64,000 nt of DNA from Ramlibacter sp. (GTDB lineage: Bacteria > Pseudomonadota > Gammaproteobacteria > Burkholderiales > Burkholderiaceae_C). The stretch is from positions 333,536 through 397,535 of the forward strand of contig NZ_DASRTN010000008.1 in NCBI RefSeq assembly GCF_035655895.1, read 5' to 3'. The notes under the pieces were generated by a model that saw only the letters and a list, made by a program, of their open reading frames with translations, did no database searches and was not told the DNA's origin. Position numbers and translations under genes: made by a program. Shown here one piece after another: positions 59,735 through 64,000 of this stretch (positions are counted from its first letter, which is position 1; every line of letters starts with the position of its first letter).

Positions 59735-62700
59735 ATGCGGACGCTGCGCTGGATCCTCGGGGGCTTGTCGGTGCTGGTCGGGCTGGTGCTGCTGGCCGTG
59801 GCCGCCGCCTGGGTCTGGTCGGGCACCGAGGGCTCGGCACGCTGGGTGCTGGAGCAGGTCGCGCGGCGCCAGCCGCTGCAGGCCGAAGGCGTGCGCGGGT
59901 CGCTGCGCCAGGGGGTGCAGGCCGAGCGGCTGGCCTGGAACCAGGACGGGCTGCTGGTCGAGGCGCATGCCGTGCAGCTGGAGTGGCAGCCGCTCGCGTT
60001 GCTGCGCCGCCAGCTGCGCGTCGACCAGTTGCGCGCCGCCCGGATCCGGATCGACGACCGGCGGCCCAAGACCGGCGAGAAGCCGCAGCCGCCGGCGTCG
60101 CTCGCGCTGCCGATCCAGGTGGCGGTGGGAGAGCTGGTCGCCGGCCGCATCGACTGGGTCGGTCCGCCGGCCGTGGCGCTCGAAGACCTGGCGGCGGCCT
60201 ACGACTACGACGGTGCGACCCACCATCTCTCGCTGCGCAACCTGGTGGTGCAGGGCGGCCACTACCGGGGCGACGCGCGCCTGGGCGACCGGGGCGAGTT
60301 CCCGCTGCAGGCCCGCGTGCAGGGCCGGTTCGCCGCACCGCTGCCCGGCGCGCCCGATCCGCTGCCGCTGGTGTTCGAGGCGCGCGCGGCCGGGCCGCTG
60401 GCCGGTTTCGACCTGACGGCGCGCATCGAAGGCGAGCCGGGGGCGGGCGCCACCAGCGCGACCCGGGCCAACGCCAGCGCACGCGTCACGCCGTGGGCCG
60501 CGCTGCCGCTGGCCTCGGCGCGTGCCGACTTCGAATCGCTGGACGTCGGGGCGCTGTGGCCGCAGGCGCCGCACACCCTGCTGGGCGGCAGGGTGTCGCT
60601 GCAGTCGCAGGGACCGTCGGCCTGGGCAGTCAGTGCCGACGTCCGGAACGCCCTCGCGGGGCCATGGGACCGCCGGCGGCTTCCGGTCGCCCGGCTGCGC
60701 GCCGAAGCCGACTGGCGCCAGCCCCGCGCCGTGCTGGTGCGCGAGCTGGAGGCCGAGGTCGGTGGCGGCCGCGTGCAGGCGCGCGGGCGCTGGGAGGGCG
60801 AAGACGCCTGGGCGCTCGACGGCACGCTGGCGCGCATCGACCCGGCGGCCGTGCACAGCGCCATGGCGCCGGTGCCCTTGAGCGGGCGGGTGGGGCTGCG
60901 AGGCGCCGGCCCGGCGGTCGCCTTCGACACCGAACTGTCGGCCGGCGCGGCGGCTGCGGCGCCTGCGGCCGGATCGGAGCTTGCCGCCGCGGTCGGGGCG
61001 CTGGAGCTGCGGACGCTCACGGCCCGGGGGCGCTGGTCGGGCCAGGAGCTCTCGCTGCCGCTGCTGGTGGTGCGCACGGCGGACGCCCGGCTGGATGCCG
61101 CGTTCGACCTGAAGCCGTCCACCCGGACCGGCCGCGGCCGCGCCGACCTGGAGGCCCCGGGCCTGCGTCTGCGTGCCGTCGGCTCCCTCGCCCCCGCGGC
61201 TGGTGGCGGCACCGCGCGCCTGGCGGCCGGCGACCTCGCGCAGGCGCAGCGCTGGCTCGCGAAGCTGCCGGCCATGCCGGCCATCGTGGCGGGAACGCCC
61301 GTGGCCGGCCGCGGGGAACTGCAGCTGGGCTGGCAGGGCGGCTGGGACGACCCGACCGTGCAGGCCACGCTGGCATTGCCGTTGCTGGAAGCGTCGGGCG
61401 CGCAAGCCTCCGCCTGGTCCGTGCACGACGTCACCGCCAGGCTCGACGGCCGCCTGGCCGATGCGCGGCTCGACCTGCGCGGGCGGGGCCGCTGGGCCGG
61501 CCGGGACGGCGCGCTGGAGATCGCCGGCCGCGGCGGCCGGCGGGGGGCCGATGCCTGGCAGGGCGAGGTCGCCTCGCTGGCGGCATCGGTGCGCGACCCG
61601 CAGATCGCACCCGGGCCCTGGCGGGTGACGTTGCGCTCGCCCGTGGCCTGGCGCTGGGCCGGTGGCCAGCTGGCGCTCGGCGCCGGCCAGGCGACGCTCG
61701 CCGCGCCGGTGGCCCGGCCCGCGGAGCCGGCGCTGTTCGCCTGGGATCCGCTGCACTGGCGCAGCGGGCAGCTGCGCACGGCCGGCCGCCTGACCGGCCT
61801 GCCGCTTGCCTGGATCGAGCTGGTCGCCGGCCCGCAGCGCACCGGCGCCGCGCTGGCCGGCGACCTGGTGTTCGATGCGCAATGGGACGCGCAGCTGGGC
61901 GACAGCTTGCGGCTGCGCGCCTCGCTCGCCCGCAGCCGCGGCGACATCTCCGTCCTGGCCGAAACCGCCGAGGGCGCGCCGGCGCGGGTGCAGGCGGGCG
62001 TGCGCGAGGCGCGCCTGGCGCTGGAGAGCGAAGGCGACGGCGTCACGCTGTCGCTGCGCTGGGACTCCGAGCGCGCCGGCACGGCCGAGGCGCGCGTGGC
62101 CAGCCGCCTGGCGCGGACCGATGGCACCTGGACCTGGCCCGAGACCGCGCCGCTGGACGGGATGCTGCGCGCCCAGCTGCCGCGGCTCGGGGTGTGGTCG
62201 CTGCTGGCGCCGCCCGGGTGGCGCCTGCGCGGATCGCTCGCGGCGGACCTGGCGGTCGCAGGCACCCGCGGCGATCCGGCCCTGAGCGGCACCCTGCGCG
62301 CCGACGACCTCGCGCTGCGCTCGGTGGTCGACGGCGTGGCCCTGCAGGATGGCCGGTTGCGCGCGCGCCTGGCCGGGCACCGGCTGGTGGTGGAGGAACT
62401 GTCGCTGCGTGGCGCCGGCCCGGAGGGCGGCAGGCTGGCGGGCAGCGGCGAGGGCGAGTGGACGCGCGAGGGCGTGCAGGTGCGCGTGGCCGCTACGCTG
62501 GACCGGCTGCGCGCCAGCGCCCGGTCGGACCGCGAGCTGACCGTTTCGGGACAGGTCAGCGCGCGCATGGACGGCCGCGCGGCCGAGGTGCGTGGCGACC
62601 TGCGGGTCGACCGGGCGCGCATCCGGCTGCCCGACGAGGCGGCGCCGCGGCTCGGCGACGACGTCGTGGTGCGCAACCTGCCGCCCGGCGTGGCCATCGG

Positions 62701-63451
62701 GGACGACCGTCGCACGTCGGATCCGCAGGGCGGGCCGTCCGCCCGACCGCTGACGCTGGCGGTGAACCTGAACCTGGGCGACGACTTCCGCGTCCAGGGG
62801 CGCGGCATCCAGACCCGGCTGGCGGGCACGCTGGTGGTGTCCGGCGATTCGCTGGCGGCGCCGCGGCTGGTGGGCGTGATCAACACCGTCGGCGGCGAAT
62901 ACCAGGCCTATGGCCAGCGGCTGGACATCGAGCGCGGCGTGCTGCGGTTCACGGGCCCCGTCGACAACCCCGCGCTGGACGTGCTGGCGATCCGCCCGCG
63001 GCTCACCCAGCGGGTCGGGGTGCAGGTCACCGGGACCGCGCAGGCGCCGTTCGTTCGCCTGTACGCGGAGCCCGATCTGCCCGAGGCCGAGAAGCTGTCC
63101 TGGCTGGTGCTGGGGCGTCCGGCGGCCCAGGGCGGGGCCGAGACCGCGCTGCTGCAGCAGGCGGCCGTGGCGCTGCTGGCCAGCCGCTCGGGCCGCAGCG
63201 GCAGCGGCAAGGGCGTGGCGGGCCTGGTGGGGCTGGACGAGCTGTCGTTCAGCCGCTCGGGCGCCGAGGGCCCGGCCGTGACGCTGGGCAAGCGGCTGGG
63301 GCGCAACCTGTACGCCGCCTACGAGCGCAGCCTGTCGGGCGCGGTGGGAACGCTGTTCGTCTTCTACGACCTGTCGCGGCGCGTGACCGTGCGGGCGCAG
63401 GCCGGGGAGCGCGCCGCGCTCGACCTGATCTTCACGTTCGCGTACGACTGA
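59735..63451 (+). CDS. tamB: translocation and assembly module TamB
   Basis: N-terminal TM anchor, long beta-rich body, C-terminal DUF490-like region (AYGQRLDIERG, LSWLVLGR, TLGKRL, DLIFTFAYD); follows tamA. Confidence 0.92.
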   Translation: MRTLRWILGGLSVLVGLVLLAVAAAWVWSGTEGSARWVLEQVARRQPLQAEGVRGSLRQGVQAERLAWNQDGLLVEAHAVQLEWQPLALLRRQLRVDQLRAARIRIDDRRPKTGEKPQPPASLALPIQVAVGELVAGRIDWVGPPAVALEDLAAAYDYDGATHHLSLRNLVVQGGHYRGDARLGDRGEFPLQARVQGRFAAPLPGAPDPLPLVFEARAAGPLAGFDLTARIEGEPGAGATSATRANASARVTPWAALPLASARADFESLDVGALWPQAPHTLLGGRVSLQSQGPSAWAVSADVRNALAGPWDRRRLPVARLRAEADWRQPRAVLVRELEAEVGGGRVQARGRWEGEDAWALDGTLARIDPAAVHSAMAPVPLSGRVGLRGAGPAVAFDTELSAGAAAAAPAAGSELAAAVGALELRTLTARGRWSGQELSLPLLVVRTADARLDAAFDLKPSTRTGRGRADLEAPGLRLRAVGSLAPAAGGGTARLAAGDLAQAQRWLAKLPAMPAIVAGTPVAGRGELQLGWQGGWDDPTVQATLALPLLEASGAQASAWSVHDVTARLDGRLADARLDLRGRGRWAGRDGALEIAGRGGRRGADAWQGEVASLAASVRDPQIAPGPWRVTLRSPVAWRWAGGQLALGAGQATLAAPVARPAEPALFAWDPLHWRSGQLRTAGRLTGLPLAWIELVAGPQRTGAALAGDLVFDAQWDAQLGDSLRLRASLARSRGDISVLAETAEGAPARVQAGVREARLALESEGDGVTLSLRWDSERAGTAEARVASRLARTDGTWTWPETAPLDGMLRAQLPRLGVWSLLAPPGWRLRGSLAADLAVAGTRGDPALSGTLRADDLALRSVVDGVALQDGRLRARLAGHRLVVEELSLRGAGPEGGRLAGSGEGEWTREGVQVRVAATLDRLRASARSDRELTVSGQVSARMDGRAAEVRGDLRVDRARIRLPDEAAPRLGDDVVVRNLPPGVAIGDDRRTSDPQGGPSARPLTLAVNLNLGDDFRVQGRGIQTRLAGTLVVSGDSLAAPRLVGVINTVGGEYQAYGQRLDIERGVLRFTGPVDNPALDVLAIRPRLTQRVGVQVTGTAQAPFVRLYAEPDLPEAEKLSWLVLGRPAAQGGAETALLQQAAVALLASRSGRSGSGKGVAGLVGLDELSFSRSGAEGPAVTLGKRLGRNLYAAYERSLSGAVGTLFVFYDLSRRVTVRAQAGERAALDLIFTFAYD

Positions 63452-63482
63452 AGGGGGCCTCCGCGAGCGCGGAGGCCGGCGG

Positions 63483-64000
<518 letters not shown>

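Overview
High-GC betaproteobacterial chromosome segment. Gene content and protein style suggest Comamonadaceae (Ramlibacter/Variovorax-like); this is inference. No CRISPR array, transposase, integrase or rRNA was recognised. Left to right: a partial ABC substrate-binding gene, Nudix and GNAT genes, three small hypotheticals, and a LysR / esterase-like / MFP / RND / OMF efflux locus (CeoR-LlpE-CeoAB-OpcM or BpeT-LlpE-BpeEF-OprC layout). Next come two hybrid histidine kinases flanking tRNA-Thr(CGT), then a divergent 7-gene carrier-protein cluster (tandem alpha/beta-hydrolase, GH2, ACP, AcpS | acyl-CoA dehydrogenase-like, seryl-tRNA-synthetase-like amino acid:carrier protein ligase, DUF1839-like), and a two-partner secretion pair with a perfect FNR-type box upstream. 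These are followed by fbp, pepN, prfB (programmed +1 frameshift), a CHASE3 hybrid kinase-CheR-CheB-kinase operon, and housekeeping/transport genes (acyl-CoA synthetase, PhyH, Fpg/Nei, AKR, MurA-like, YbaK, lactate permease, two MFS, plsY, aspartic protease, yajQ, murB, tamAB, partial argG). The best candidate for an uncharacterised system is the carrier-protein cluster at 16150-24438. It has activation, carrier, priming, oxidation, putative transfer and glycosidase functions but no NRPS/PKS, which points to an aminoacyl-derived decoration of a sugar or glycan whose product I do not know. All family assignments come from reading motifs; no database search was run.
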